Of a DNA stretch of 64,000 nt, positions 45,917-55,695 are shown piece after piece (the first letter of the stretch is position 1; every line of letters starts with the position of its first letter). The translations under genes were made by a program, and so were the position numbers. Source of the stretch: a virus; IMG/VR virus record IMGVR_UViG_3300035698_027665, positions 1 to 64,000 of that record; one strand, written 5' to 3'. A model generated the notes under the pieces. That model was not told the DNA's origin. It made no database searches and worked only from the letters and a program-made list of their open reading frames with translations.

Positions 45917-46675
45917 CTATTTAAAATAGTTTGTATAATCTTCGCTTAATTTAGAAAAATATTGCTTTTGCCAAAGTCTACCATGCAAAATTTGAATTTC
46001 TGGCATGCGTTTCCACCATTCTAAATAAACCTTATCGGAATATTTTTTATCCCCTTTTGCGGGTTTTACTCTATGCGATTTAGGAGTTGGCATTGAAGGA
46101 TGTTTCCAATTGTAAGCAAGAGGCAAACTCCCTATGTTCAATTTAGAAGCCCATGCAGCCTTTCTAAACGAGTTTTGATCATGGCCTGTCATTTGCGGCG
46201 TGTAAACGCTTTGCCAGTCGGAGAACAGGGTACACGCTGTTTTTTTATATAACATTACCCCACAATTGAATTCAGGGAAACAAGCAGGAATAACATGGTC
46301 CCTTTTTGACTGTCCACCACTATGTGATAGTGCTATATCATATTTATCTAGTAGCTGGAACATGTCTTTTATTACAGGTTGAATCACTAATGTGTCATTG
46401 TCCAAATATAATGTATTTTCATAAGGAGTTTTTTGCAACGTCTTTATTCTATTAAGTTTGTATCCACGAGGTTGTGGATCAGGAATTATTTTTTGAACAT
46501 CAACACCAGAAGGAACAGGCATTCCATTGGCATTTGTGAAAATTGTGATTGGTACATCAGGATGAAAGAATTTTATTGATTTTGCTGATATTAAAGCTTC
46601 TTTTATATGCTTCCCTTGACCAGATGACACTTCTGCTATAAAAATTACGCCATTCATAGGATTATATATTAACAT
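45917..46675 (-). CDS. nucleotide-diphospho-sugar transferase (GT8-like)
   Basis: TLYLDNDT, FNCGV, HDQNSFR, ILH. Confidence 0.75.
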   Translation of the reverse strand: MLIYNPMNGVIFIAEVSSGQGKHIKEALISAKSIKFFHPDVPITIFTNANGMPVPSGVDVQKIIPDPQPRGYKLNRIKTLQKTPYENTLYLDNDTLVIQPVIKDMFQLLDKYDIALSHSGGQSKRDHVIPACFPEFNCGVMLYKKTACTLFSDWQSVYTPQMTGHDQNSFRKAAWASKLNIGSLPLAYNWKHPSMPTPKSHRVKPAKGDKKYSDKVYLEWWKRMPEIQILHGRLWQKQYFSKLSEDYTNYFK

Positions 46676-47432
46676 GGAAATAGATTACAATACAAACTGT
46701 TTTGAGGGATCATGGAAGGTAATGTTACAAACTAACTACCTTGAAGAAACAATAAAAAACAATAAAATAAATTTTGATAAGAAAAATTTGTGGATTAACA
46801 ATGTAGAAGATTGGGATGAGGTTGCCCATTACGCACAGAAAGCTGTAGATAAAGGAGTATTGACAAACTTTTATAATTGTGAAGATTATATTGAAGAAGC
46901 AATGGCTCATTTCGATGTTAATCGATCCGATAAATCTTTAGGTAGAGGGTACCCATATTCAGTTGGGAGTTTATGTGCGATTTACAATTGTAAAAAAGAA
47001 TGGATGTTGTACTTTACTGATGATGCATATGTCCCGTTTGAAGTAGATTGGATACCAGAAACTGTAAAATTCATAGAAGAAACTCCAAAGGTTAGATTTG
47101 GTAATTTGATGTGGGGTAGAGGAATAGAAAAGATAAGTTGGCCTACTGTCAAAAGAGAGGCATACTATGAAACATCTGATTATTTTGTAGGTTATGGATT
47201 TTCCGATCAATGTTATTTGGCGAAAACAGATTTGCTTAAAAATTTAGATTATAATATGAGTCATAAACTATCAGATAGAAGATTTTCCAAACAAAGAAAA
47301 CCGGGTACCTCTTTTGAAAAAAGGATAGAAGCTTGGAAGTTAAACAATGATGCTCATAGAGCGACGTTTAAAAATGGATTTTATGTACATGCTTCTGTTA
47401 TGAACTCTAGAAAAAAAAGGATGGCAAAATGA
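46674..47432 (+). CDS. glycosyltransferase-like hypothetical protein
   Basis: YFTDD; GFSDQCYL; located in the glycosylation cluster. Confidence 0.5.
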   Translation: MEIDYNTNCFEGSWKVMLQTNYLEETIKNNKINFDKKNLWINNVEDWDEVAHYAQKAVDKGVLTNFYNCEDYIEEAMAHFDVNRSDKSLGRGYPYSVGSLCAIYNCKKEWMLYFTDDAYVPFEVDWIPETVKFIEETPKVRFGNLMWGRGIEKISWPTVKREAYYETSDYFVGYGFSDQCYLAKTDLLKNLDYNMSHKLSDRRFSKQRKPGTSFEKRIEAWKLNNDAHRATFKNGFYVHASVMNSRKKRMAK

Positions 47433-47986
47433 TTTTTGTACACGTACACAAAACAGGTGGGCAAAGCATTCAGTCTGCCCTAAAAGGCAGAATAGAAAAA
47501 ACAGGGCATACTATAGCTTCTGAAATAATTAAAGACATAGGAATTAATGGATGGAATTCAAATTTCACATTCTGTTTTGTTAGAAATCCTTGGGATAGAG
47601 TGGTATCTGTGTATCATTTTTACAAAAAGAAAAGAATTACAAAAGGGAAGCCATATGAGGAAGACTTTGAAACATGGCTGAAAGACTGGATAAAAGTTTC
47701 AAAACCTTTGCATAAAAAACACCGTTTTATTAGAAATGCACCACAATGTCATTGGATGTTCGAAGGAGATAAACAATTAGTTAATTTCATAGGAAGATTT
47801 GAAAATCTTAACAAAGATTTTCAAAAAATATGCGAAATAAACAACTTTAAGTCTATGCCTAAACTTGAACATAAAAACAAAACCGAACACAAACATTATA
47901 GTGAATACTATAACGATAACACCAGAAAATTGATATATGAATACCATAAAGAAGATGTAGAAAGATTAAATTACAGTTTTGTATAA
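47429..47986 (+). CDS. sulfotransferase family 2 protein
   Basis: FVHVHKTGGQSI, VRNPWDRVVS, FIGRFENL. Confidence 0.88.
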   Translation: MIFVHVHKTGGQSIQSALKGRIEKTGHTIASEIIKDIGINGWNSNFTFCFVRNPWDRVVSVYHFYKKKRITKGKPYEEDFETWLKDWIKVSKPLHKKHRFIRNAPQCHWMFEGDKQLVNFIGRFENLNKDFQKICEINNFKSMPKLEHKNKTEHKHYSEYYNDNTRKLIYEYHKEDVERLNYSFV

Positions 47987-48118
47987 AGTTTCATCTGATG
48001 CTTTTTAAATAAAAACCTTTCAATCTAGATTTTTCTATAAGCCAATGTTTAAAACTTCTTGTTTTATGCATTTATGGAAGTATAATGAAAAACATCGGCT
48101 GATATATCAGGATAATAA

Positions 48119-49471
48119 ATGAAAACTTTAAATCAAAAAATATTAAAAAAACATGAAGTTAAAACCCGTTCTCTAGAAGAAGTTATTAAAAGATTCCCTT
48201 CATGGTATGATCCAAATGCGCCATATCAAAGAAACAAAGTTTGGTCAAAAAGACTAAAAAAATCTTTAATAGAATCTATTTTAGCCGGGTTACCTATTGG
48301 TCCAGTACATCTAGTCCCTAAAGAAGAAAAGGGAGCTACTTCTTGGATCATAGACGGAAAACAAAGATTGTCTTCTATTGATTCTTTTACAAAAAACGAA
48401 TTCGATATCATGTGGGACGAAAAAAAATTAAATTGGAATATATTACAAAAGAATGAAAATCAATATCTTTTAGAAAGATTTCAAACATATCAAATGAGTT
48501 TGATAATTTGGCCTTCAATGTCTCTTTTGACGCAAAAAGAAATTTTTGAAATGATCAATACTTATGAAAAACTAAGCACTGCTGAAAAAATATATTGCCC
48601 TAATTTTCTTTCTCAATCTTTGTTTGAATATATTTATAAAAACTGTTTTTCGGGACTTGCAAAGCATGCAAGAGGCGAAATGAGATTAAACAAGAGGTTT
48701 TCTGGAATATATTGGACTCATAAAATTTCTGTAATTGCATGGGGAGCAATATTGAATGACAAATGGGCGACTAGAAAAATAGATTTTACAAACATTAAAA
48801 GATCAGCAGTTGAGATAAATGAATCTCTTTGTAAATACTTCACAGAAAAAGGCAATCTTGAAGAATTCAAAAGCGATTTGATAACAAAAAATGTAATAGA
48901 AGATTTAGGCTACAAAAGTCAAATCAACTTCATGAAAAAAATAAACGACGCTATAGTTTATTGTATTGACTATAGAGGCGATTTGCCGAAACAAATTCCT
49001 TCTGTAGATTTAACTGATATAGCTGTTGGTTTTTACAAAAAAGCTCAAGATATGGTAATAACCGCTTCTTTCATTAAAGAAAACGCAGAATTGTTTCATG
49101 ATTTTATTATACGCTTCATATCTGAAAAGAAACAAGAAATAGAACTGTCACGCCATACTACAGATAAAAACAGTATTGAAATTAGAAACGGATTATTTAA
49201 TAAACTTTTTGATCAATTGGAAATAGATAAAACAAAAAAAAATAAGCCTATTCCTCCTGTGAATAGGGCATTAGCTTTACTAAAAGCAGATACACAATGC
49301 CCTATTACTGGCGAGGAATTAACTCCCAAAAACACTCAAATAGATCATGTGCTTCCGAAATCAAAATATGGACATACAGATTACAAAGCTGTTTCATCAA
49401 CTGGCAATAGGAATAAGTCTAATCATACAGAGAACTCTATTGAAAAAATAAGTTCTTACATGAAGTCTTAA
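48119..49471 (+). CDS. DUF262 (ParB-like/GmrS) plus C-terminal HNH nuclease, GmrSD-like
   Basis: YQRNKVW, LIESIL, IDGKQRL, IFEMIN; C-terminal CPIT...DHVLP...N..KS. Confidence 0.8.
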   Translation: MKTLNQKILKKHEVKTRSLEEVIKRFPSWYDPNAPYQRNKVWSKRLKKSLIESILAGLPIGPVHLVPKEEKGATSWIIDGKQRLSSIDSFTKNEFDIMWDEKKLNWNILQKNENQYLLERFQTYQMSLIIWPSMSLLTQKEIFEMINTYEKLSTAEKIYCPNFLSQSLFEYIYKNCFSGLAKHARGEMRLNKRFSGIYWTHKISVIAWGAILNDKWATRKIDFTNIKRSAVEINESLCKYFTEKGNLEEFKSDLITKNVIEDLGYKSQINFMKKINDAIVYCIDYRGDLPKQIPSVDLTDIAVGFYKKAQDMVITASFIKENAELFHDFIIRFISEKKQEIELSRHTTDKNSIEIRNGLFNKLFDQLEIDKTKKNKPIPPVNRALALLKADTQCPITGEELTPKNTQIDHVLPKSKYGHTDYKAVSSTGNRNKSNHTENSIEKISSYMKS

Positions 49472-50049
49472 ATTATTTTTATTTGATTGGAGAAATCCAC
49501 TAAACCAGAACCAGACCAATGTCCTACATCTGTTAGATCGTATTTGGTTTCTTCTATAGACTCCCAAAATTTTTTCATGTTGCCAAGTCTCTTTAAATAG
49601 ATATCGTCTAGTAATAGTACACCAGTCCATTTGAGATCGCACAGAGCTTTGTAGAACTTCATTTCGTCTTTGCCATTATGGGTAATGTCTAATAATATAA
49701 ATTTAGATTTGCTTACTAATTCTTGAAATTTTTCATTTTCATCTAGACTGGTAGCGTCGTAAGCAATGGGGATTACAGGGTAGGGATGAAATTTTTTCGC
49801 TTTAAACTTTTGTTTGTAATCAATTGTATAAACCGTGTTTTTTTTATTCAAAGCTAGTGATAATGCACTTGCTCCCAAAAAAGTTCCTATGTCTAGTAGA
49901 GTTTCCCCTTCAAACCAATTAGATATATAATGTAACAATTTATAGTGTTCTCTATCTTTATGTAAATATTTATTCGCCTTTACAGGGAGAAGGTTGAAAA
50001 CTGGTGACAAATCTATTTTTTTTATATCTTTTTTATATAAGCTATACAT
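49468..50049 (-). CDS. SAM-dependent methyltransferase
   Basis: LDIGTFLGASA, LDITH, LLDDI. Confidence 0.75.
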   Translation of the reverse strand: MYSLYKKDIKKIDLSPVFNLLPVKANKYLHKDREHYKLLHYISNWFEGETLLDIGTFLGASALSLALNKKNTVYTIDYKQKFKAKKFHPYPVIPIAYDATSLDENEKFQELVSKSKFILLDITHNGKDEMKFYKALCDLKWTGVLLLDDIYLKRLGNMKKFWESIEETKYDLTDVGHWSGSGLVDFSNQIKII

Positions 50050-50093
50050 GAAAATATATAGTGTTTTATGTTTTCAACTATATAAATAAAATA

Positions 50094-51236
50094 ATGAATA
50101 ATTTAGATTTGCAAAAAAGTATAGAAGATAGATTGTATAAATATATTGATTTATTAGATTTAATGATATGCAAACGGTGTATATATTTCCGTTCAGGAGA
50201 AAGTAAAAAATGGACAAACCACCATCAAGGAAAACTTTCAATTGAGTTTTCACAAAACAATAAAGTAGAAGAAAAATATATTGACAATTGGATAAAAGAT
50301 ACGGGGCATGGCCTTTTACATTGCTTTCTTACAGGATTTTTTGCCTATGGCGAATTGCTCAAAAAAAAGAGTTATGACGACATCGTTAAAGATATATGCA
50401 AGGGGGCTTTTGAGGATAATGATTTCGAAAAGCTAACTGCAAGTTGTTTATTGCACGATTTGGTAAAATGCACAGATGGGCATGACGCCCATGATGTTAA
50501 ATTAAAAAAATATTATCCAAATTTATTATCAGAGACATACACTCACACTAATCCATTAAGCGATTCTTTATTGACTATAGGAGACAGGATAGAATTAAGA
50601 AGATATTCAGACTGGAAAGAATGGTCTACTATTGACATAGAAAAATACAACTCTTTTAATGTTGAGGAAATAGAACATTTTTACAAAACAATTCGCCCTG
50701 CATTGTGCAATCTTTTTGCTCATCGTTATGATTTATGGATCAGGCACGGAGCAGAAGGTAAAACTAATTTTGGGAAAAACAATTTTTTCCCACAAGTTTT
50801 AGATCATGAAATAAAAAGACAAAATTTAAAACTAGTCAGTATGGAATCGTGTAAACTTTTTACTTTTACTTCTATAGATTTTCCTAATTCTAATTGTATT
50901 TTAGACCATTCTAAAACTTGGTGTCCTAGAGGGCTGCTACCATTGAAAACCGTCAAAAAATATGAATTTAAATGCATTCCATGTAAGACACATGCAGGTA
51001 GAGATAGAGATTTGACTGGTGGAATTGTAAAAGGTCGAGATCATATAGGAATAGATGATTTAAAAATACCTTTAAATGAATGGGTGTTCTTTTATGATTA
51101 TAAAAATACACCTAAAACAAAAAATGCAGATTTAGAAGATTTAGTATCTAACACAATGGGCCTAGAAGAAAAATTGGCAATAAGGATTTTAAATTGTACC
51201 GAAAAAATCATTGAAAGAATAAAGATTTTATTATGA
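50094..51236 (+). CDS. HD-domain-like hypothetical protein
   Basis: HGLLH, LLHD, GDRIE; TATAAATA at 50081-50088. Confidence 0.5.
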   Translation: MNNLDLQKSIEDRLYKYIDLLDLMICKRCIYFRSGESKKWTNHHQGKLSIEFSQNNKVEEKYIDNWIKDTGHGLLHCFLTGFFAYGELLKKKSYDDIVKDICKGAFEDNDFEKLTASCLLHDLVKCTDGHDAHDVKLKKYYPNLLSETYTHTNPLSDSLLTIGDRIELRRYSDWKEWSTIDIEKYNSFNVEEIEHFYKTIRPALCNLFAHRYDLWIRHGAEGKTNFGKNNFFPQVLDHEIKRQNLKLVSMESCKLFTFTSIDFPNSNCILDHSKTWCPRGLLPLKTVKKYEFKCIPCKTHAGRDRDLTGGIVKGRDHIGIDDLKIPLNEWVFFYDYKNTPKTKNADLEDLVSNTMGLEEKLAIRILNCTEKIIERIKILL

Positions 51237-51823
51237 ATATATTTAAATACGAATCATATAAAGAATATAAAGAAAATCAAGTTAAAGCAAATAAAAGGAA
51301 ATTAGATAGGATTTGGGCTTTAGAAGAACCAATAATTTTTATTTCAGACTATATCAAAAAGAACATTCCAGATGCTGAACAGGGAATATGTCATGGCGTG
51401 CGAAATGGGTGGGAAGTGGAAAAATTTAAGAAATATTTGGATTTTAAGATAACAGGAACTGAACTGTCTGATACTGCAAATTCTTTTGAAAATGTCATAG
51501 AATGGGATTTTCATCAAACAAAAGATGATTGGCTGGATTCTATAGACTTTATTTATTCAAACTCTTTAGATCACAGCTACAAGCCTGAATTTTGCGTGCA
51601 ACAATGGCTTAAATGCTTGAAGCCTGAAATTGGCAGGTGTTTTATCGAATGGGGAAAAAGCCATAATAAAGGATTTGGAAAAGTAGATTGTTTTAGCGCA
51701 GACAAGAAGGACTATGAACAAATAATATCTTCTGTAGGAGAAATAGAAGACGTTATTAATATCACATCTAAATGCAGAACTCAAGGAACAAGAAAAACAT
51801 GCATCTTCATTGTAAAGCGTTAA
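51233..51823 (+). CDS. methyltransferase-like protein
   Basis: ICHGVRNG, DFH, DFIYSNSLDH, LKP. Confidence 0.65.
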   Translation: MNIFKYESYKEYKENQVKANKRKLDRIWALEEPIIFISDYIKKNIPDAEQGICHGVRNGWEVEKFKKYLDFKITGTELSDTANSFENVIEWDFHQTKDDWLDSIDFIYSNSLDHSYKPEFCVQQWLKCLKPEIGRCFIEWGKSHNKGFGKVDCFSADKKDYEQIISSVGEIEDVINITSKCRTQGTRKTCIFIVKR

Positions 51824-52706
51824 TTTGCCTTATTACTTCGTCAACCGTTAACTCTTTCATGCATTTCATGTCGTATGGACATCCTGATCTGTTACCGTCA
51901 AAAACCGTTTTTCCGTCAATTTTTTTGAATTGACATGGTTTGCATGGAAGGCTAAGACCGATAGCATGTGCGTTTGGAGAAATAGGTTTATTTTTAACAA
52001 TTGACGATGGGCCGAAAATAATATAAGTAGGAACGCCAGTTGCAGCAGCAACATGCGATAATCCTCCGTCATTTCCTATGAACATTTTGCAATTAGATAT
52101 ATAAGACGCCATTTCCATTAAACTTCCGGTACGAAAACGAACGTTTTCTGGCCAACTCCAAGGTTTCTTAATCCATGTAGGATCACCATGAGATTTTATA
52201 TCTTCTTCTTTTCCAACTATTGTTACTTTTTCAAATCTTTCTGCTAGCGAATCGTACTTATCCCATCTTTTCATTGCCCAATTTGGTTTCGAACCGGGAT
52301 AAAGAACAACCGCATTATTCAGATTGTCTTTTTTTGTTGATACATTTATTTCAGGGTTAGGCAGTAATGGAGTTGGGTATATCCCCATTTGTAATGCTAA
52401 ATCATAATATACTTCTGTTTCTGGTATATGTTGAGCGTAGTTTATTTGATAAGAATAATATTTATCTACATTGTATTTTTTATTAGGAGTGAACGGTCCT
52501 CTTAATTGTATGTCGTATTTTGTGTCTGGAGCTTTATTTATAAAAACCTCCCCTACGCAAGACAAATTCAATATTTCTGCAAGATCAGATGAGCTATTAC
52601 AAAACAATAATAAATCAACGTGATGGCTCTCTGCAACTAGTTTTATAGTTGGTGTAGCTTGGATGATGTTCCCGATTCCGCCGCCTAATGTAAATAAAAT
52701 TTTCAT
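51807..52706 (-). CDS. family 9 glycosyltransferase (heptosyltransferase-like)
   Basis: GGIGN, PGS..KRW, IGNDGGLSHVAAA, IFGP, CxPC...CM. Confidence 0.88.
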   Translation of the reverse strand: MKILFTLGGGIGNIIQATPTIKLVAESHHVDLLLFCNSSSDLAEILNLSCVGEVFINKAPDTKYDIQLRGPFTPNKKYNVDKYYSYQINYAQHIPETEVYYDLALQMGIYPTPLLPNPEINVSTKKDNLNNAVVLYPGSKPNWAMKRWDKYDSLAERFEKVTIVGKEEDIKSHGDPTWIKKPWSWPENVRFRTGSLMEMASYISNCKMFIGNDGGLSHVAAATGVPTYIIFGPSSIVKNKPISPNAHAIGLSLPCKPCQFKKIDGKTVFDGNRSGCPYDMKCMKELTVDEVIRQINALQ

Positions 52707-52708
52707 TT

Positions 52709-52716
52709 TATTTATA
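52709..52716 (-). promoter_or_regulatory. T4-type late promoter motif TATAAATA
   Basis: Exact TATAAATA 2 bp before the GT9 ATG; related motifs precede several other genes. Confidence 0.45.
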
Positions 52717-52922
52717 GTAGTAACGACAGGGATAAATAAAATTATGGATTACGAAGGATCGGGACAGTTAGGCATTACAGGTGGAGCATCGTATTGTTAC
52801 GATGATTCTAATTCTTCAACTATCAGTGTTGTAACAACATTCGAATCTATTGATCTGCATCACGTTCAAGAAAGTATTGCATATAAACTAATTTTGCTTA
52901 AAAACAAAGTTAAAACAGGCAG

Positions 52923-53282
52923 GTGTGTTGTATGAACTTTTCCTACATATCTTCTGGTGCTTTTTCTTTAGGAGGATGCAGTTCTCCAATTGTGTTAACT
53001 CAAAATTTTTATATAAAATTTGCTGTAGGATCAATGGTGTACATAAAAGCAAAAGCCGAAATTGGAAAATTGGAAAAAATAATAATAAAAAAAGTTAATA
53101 GAAACACGTTAAACAATACGCAATATTCAGGAGTATCCCCAACAATTGTTTATATAGATTCTTTAAATGGAGCTTGGCTAGAGAATGAGTTGTGTTGGGA
53201 AGCTATGGCATTAAGTTTGAGCATAGATTATTACGAAGAATTAGCACAATATAATACGAATTTAGTAATGCAGTGTAAATAG
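52923..53282 (+). CDS. hypothetical protein
   Basis: 119 aa ORF upstream of the protease. Confidence 0.5.
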   Translation: MCCMNFSYISSGAFSLGGCSSPIVLTQNFYIKFAVGSMVYIKAKAEIGKLEKIIIKKVNRNTLNNTQYSGVSPTIVYIDSLNGAWLENELCWEAMALSLSIDYYEELAQYNTNLVMQCK

Positions 53283-53296
53283 AATATAGAGGTTAT

Positions 53297-54688
53297 ATGA
53301 AAAAAGAAATAAATCCAGTTGGCAAAGTAGCCGAAAATGAAAAAATAGAATTAATAGTGCAAAACTTAAAAGAAGTTTGGGACAATGATTCTAAAATAAG
53401 CACAAAAGAAAAAAAAATAAAGGCGACACACTATATGCTTGCCTCTACTGATGAGTTGATAAAAGAGGCAGAATCATTAGAAGTAGAAGGACAAGATAAA
53501 AAAGCTACTGTTCTAAATGCTTTAGACACAATTTATGATTATGTCGCTAAAGGGCTTGTGCCTTTTTTGATGAAACCTTTTTCTAAAGTTATTAAAAATT
53601 TCTTTTTAAATGTCGTGATTTCTTATGCTATTGATTGGTTTGTCGAGAAATACAATGTCAATGAATGGGGAGAACCCAATGTTAAAGAAAGCGAAAACGT
53701 TATAACTATAGAGAACCCCGATGTCGAGATACAATCTTCGAATAAACCAAAAGACTTTTGCAGTTTGTTCCCATTTGAAGTCAAAGAAGTTGTGACATTA
53801 CAATCAGCAAAACAACAATCTGGTTGGGGTATTAGTGCCTTCGAACTTCCTAAAGCTTGGGAGTTTTCCGAAGGCGAAGGGGTGACTATAGCAGTTATAG
53901 ATACGGGATGTGATTTGGATCATCCTGATTTGAAAAATAATTTGTTACCCGGAAGAAACTTTATAAATGCTAGAAAACAACCTCAAGATGACAATGGTCA
54001 TGGTACGCATGTTGCAGGTATAATAGCTGCCATAAATAATACCATTGGAATGGTAGGAGTTGCACCAAAAGCTAAAATAATTCCTATAAAAGTATTAGAT
54101 AAAGACGGCAATGGGAGCATGTCAAATGTAGCTAAAGCAATTAATTGGGCGGTAGACAGGAATGTAGACATTATTTCCATGTCTTTAGGTTCTCCAAGAC
54201 CGCTAAGAAACGTTAGAATAGCCATTAAAGAAGCTGCAAAAAAAGGAATTCCTGTTTTTTGCGCTGCTGGAAATGCTGGTCGTACAAAAGAAGTTTATTA
54301 TCCTGCGGCATATCCAGAGACAATAGCAATTGGCAGTATTGATAAAGATTATAAACGTTCAGATTTTTCTAATACTGGAAAAAATTTGGATTTCATGGCC
54401 CCCGGTGGCGATGTATTTTCAACAGTTCCAGATGATTGGTACGCAATCATGTCAGGAACATCTATGGCTGCACCTTTTGCTGTTGGTGTATCTGCATTGT
54501 TGCTTTCATATTCAAAGAACAACAATAATAAATATTCTTTGAAAAATGTAGACGATTACAGAAGAATATTGAGAAAATACTGTACTCCTATTAGTGATCC
54601 AAAATTTGCAGGCGATCATTTCTTTGAAGGATATGGAATTATTGATCCAAGAAAAATTAAACAATGGGCCGAAAAAAACATGTTATAA
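53297..54688 (+). CDS. subtilisin-like (S8) serine protease with an N-terminal extension
   Basis: VIDTG, GHGTHVAG, AAGN, SGTSMAAP. Confidence 0.93.
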   Translation: MKKEINPVGKVAENEKIELIVQNLKEVWDNDSKISTKEKKIKATHYMLASTDELIKEAESLEVEGQDKKATVLNALDTIYDYVAKGLVPFLMKPFSKVIKNFFLNVVISYAIDWFVEKYNVNEWGEPNVKESENVITIENPDVEIQSSNKPKDFCSLFPFEVKEVVTLQSAKQQSGWGISAFELPKAWEFSEGEGVTIAVIDTGCDLDHPDLKNNLLPGRNFINARKQPQDDNGHGTHVAGIIAAINNTIGMVGVAPKAKIIPIKVLDKDGNGSMSNVAKAINWAVDRNVDIISMSLGSPRPLRNVRIAIKEAAKKGIPVFCAAGNAGRTKEVYYPAAYPETIAIGSIDKDYKRSDFSNTGKNLDFMAPGGDVFSTVPDDWYAIMSGTSMAAPFAVGVSALLLSYSKNNNNKYSLKNVDDYRRILRKYCTPISDPKFAGDHFFEGYGIIDPRKIKQWAEKNML

Positions 54689-54717
54689 AAAAAGTCCGCC
54701 ATTGGCGGACTTTTTTT
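54687..54717. terminator. bidirectional intrinsic terminator
   Basis: A7-GTCCGCC-ATT-GGCGGAC-T7. Confidence 0.8.
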
Positions 54718-55156
54718 ATAAATTATCCATGAAATCTTCAAACACTTTTTTCAACTTTTCTTTTATTTCTAGAGCGTCTTCCACAGAAGAATTGTTTAAT
54801 TGCAACTCTAATTCTTTTTTGTCTTTGTTTATATTTTCTATTTTGCGTATCTTGTCGTCTATTTCTTTTGCTTTTTCGTATTTTTCTTCATGTAATATTT
54901 TTTCAAGCTTGTTTTTCAAAAAACTCAAATATGAATCTATCCCCTTTTCAGCAAAAGATTTAGGATATTCGTCTTCTCCATTTAAAAAAGAAAATCCATC
55001 AATGCTAACTTCATTCATTTTTTCTGTAAGAAAATAATTTTCCGCACATAATTTGCAACATTTTACGTTTTTTACTACTTCTCCGTTTATGAAATCGTAA
55101 ATAGGGATGTTTTTGCTTTCACTACATGGTTTGTTTTTTATTGGACAATCACTCAT
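54716..55156 (-). CDS. UVR-domain, Cys-containing protein (McsA-like)
   Basis: CCKLCA; EEKYEKAKEIDDKI UVR motif. Confidence 0.55.
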   Translation of the reverse strand: MSDCPIKNKPCSESKNIPIYDFINGEVVKNVKCCKLCAENYFLTEKMNEVSIDGFSFLNGEDEYPKSFAEKGIDSYLSFLKNKLEKILHEEKYEKAKEIDDKIRKIENINKDKKELELQLNNSSVEDALEIKEKLKKVFEDFMDNL

Positions 55157-55695
55157 TGCTCCCCTAACATATCTAAATAAGCTTTTAACTCTACTTCATT
55201 TAGAATAGTTCCCTTAGCCAGTAATTCCAAATCGTGTTTGAAGTTTTTAATTTCTATATCCAAAAGTTTTATGTAAGGCACAGAGTTTGGTTCTTTTTCC
55301 CATTCTTTCTTGTACCGTTTTAATTTTCTCAATATTGTGAATCCTATCCACAAATAAAAATCGTTATCAATTTCCATTTTAAAGTTATCGGCTTTTTCTA
55401 GTTCTAAATAAAATTCTTTATCATCAAAATTGTCTATCCAATTTGTGTAGTGTGTTAAAACTTTTAAATAGTCGTCTTCTGTAGGAACTTTTTCTTCGTC
55501 GAAATAAAAGACAGGTGGTTCTATTTCGACTATGGTTGGCGGTTTTACTTCGACTATGGGAGAGGGGTCTATTATAATAGGTTTTTCAATAGACTCTGCT
55601 TTTTTGTAACTGTAAATAGAAATTATAGTTGTCGCTATAATTAAAAAAGGCAATATTAATTTTATTATATTTTTTTTCATTTTGTTAGCAATCAC
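55153..55695 (-). CDS. membrane-anchored hypothetical protein
   Basis: N-terminal TM segment; PP-rich linker. Confidence 0.55.
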   Translation of the reverse strand: MIANKMKKNIIKLILPFLIIATTIISIYSYKKAESIEKPIIIDPSPIVEVKPPTIVEIEPPVFYFDEEKVPTEDDYLKVLTHYTNWIDNFDDKEFYLELEKADNFKMEIDNDFYLWIGFTILRKLKRYKKEWEKEPNSVPYIKLLDIEIKNFKHDLELLAKGTILNEVELKAYLDMLGEQ

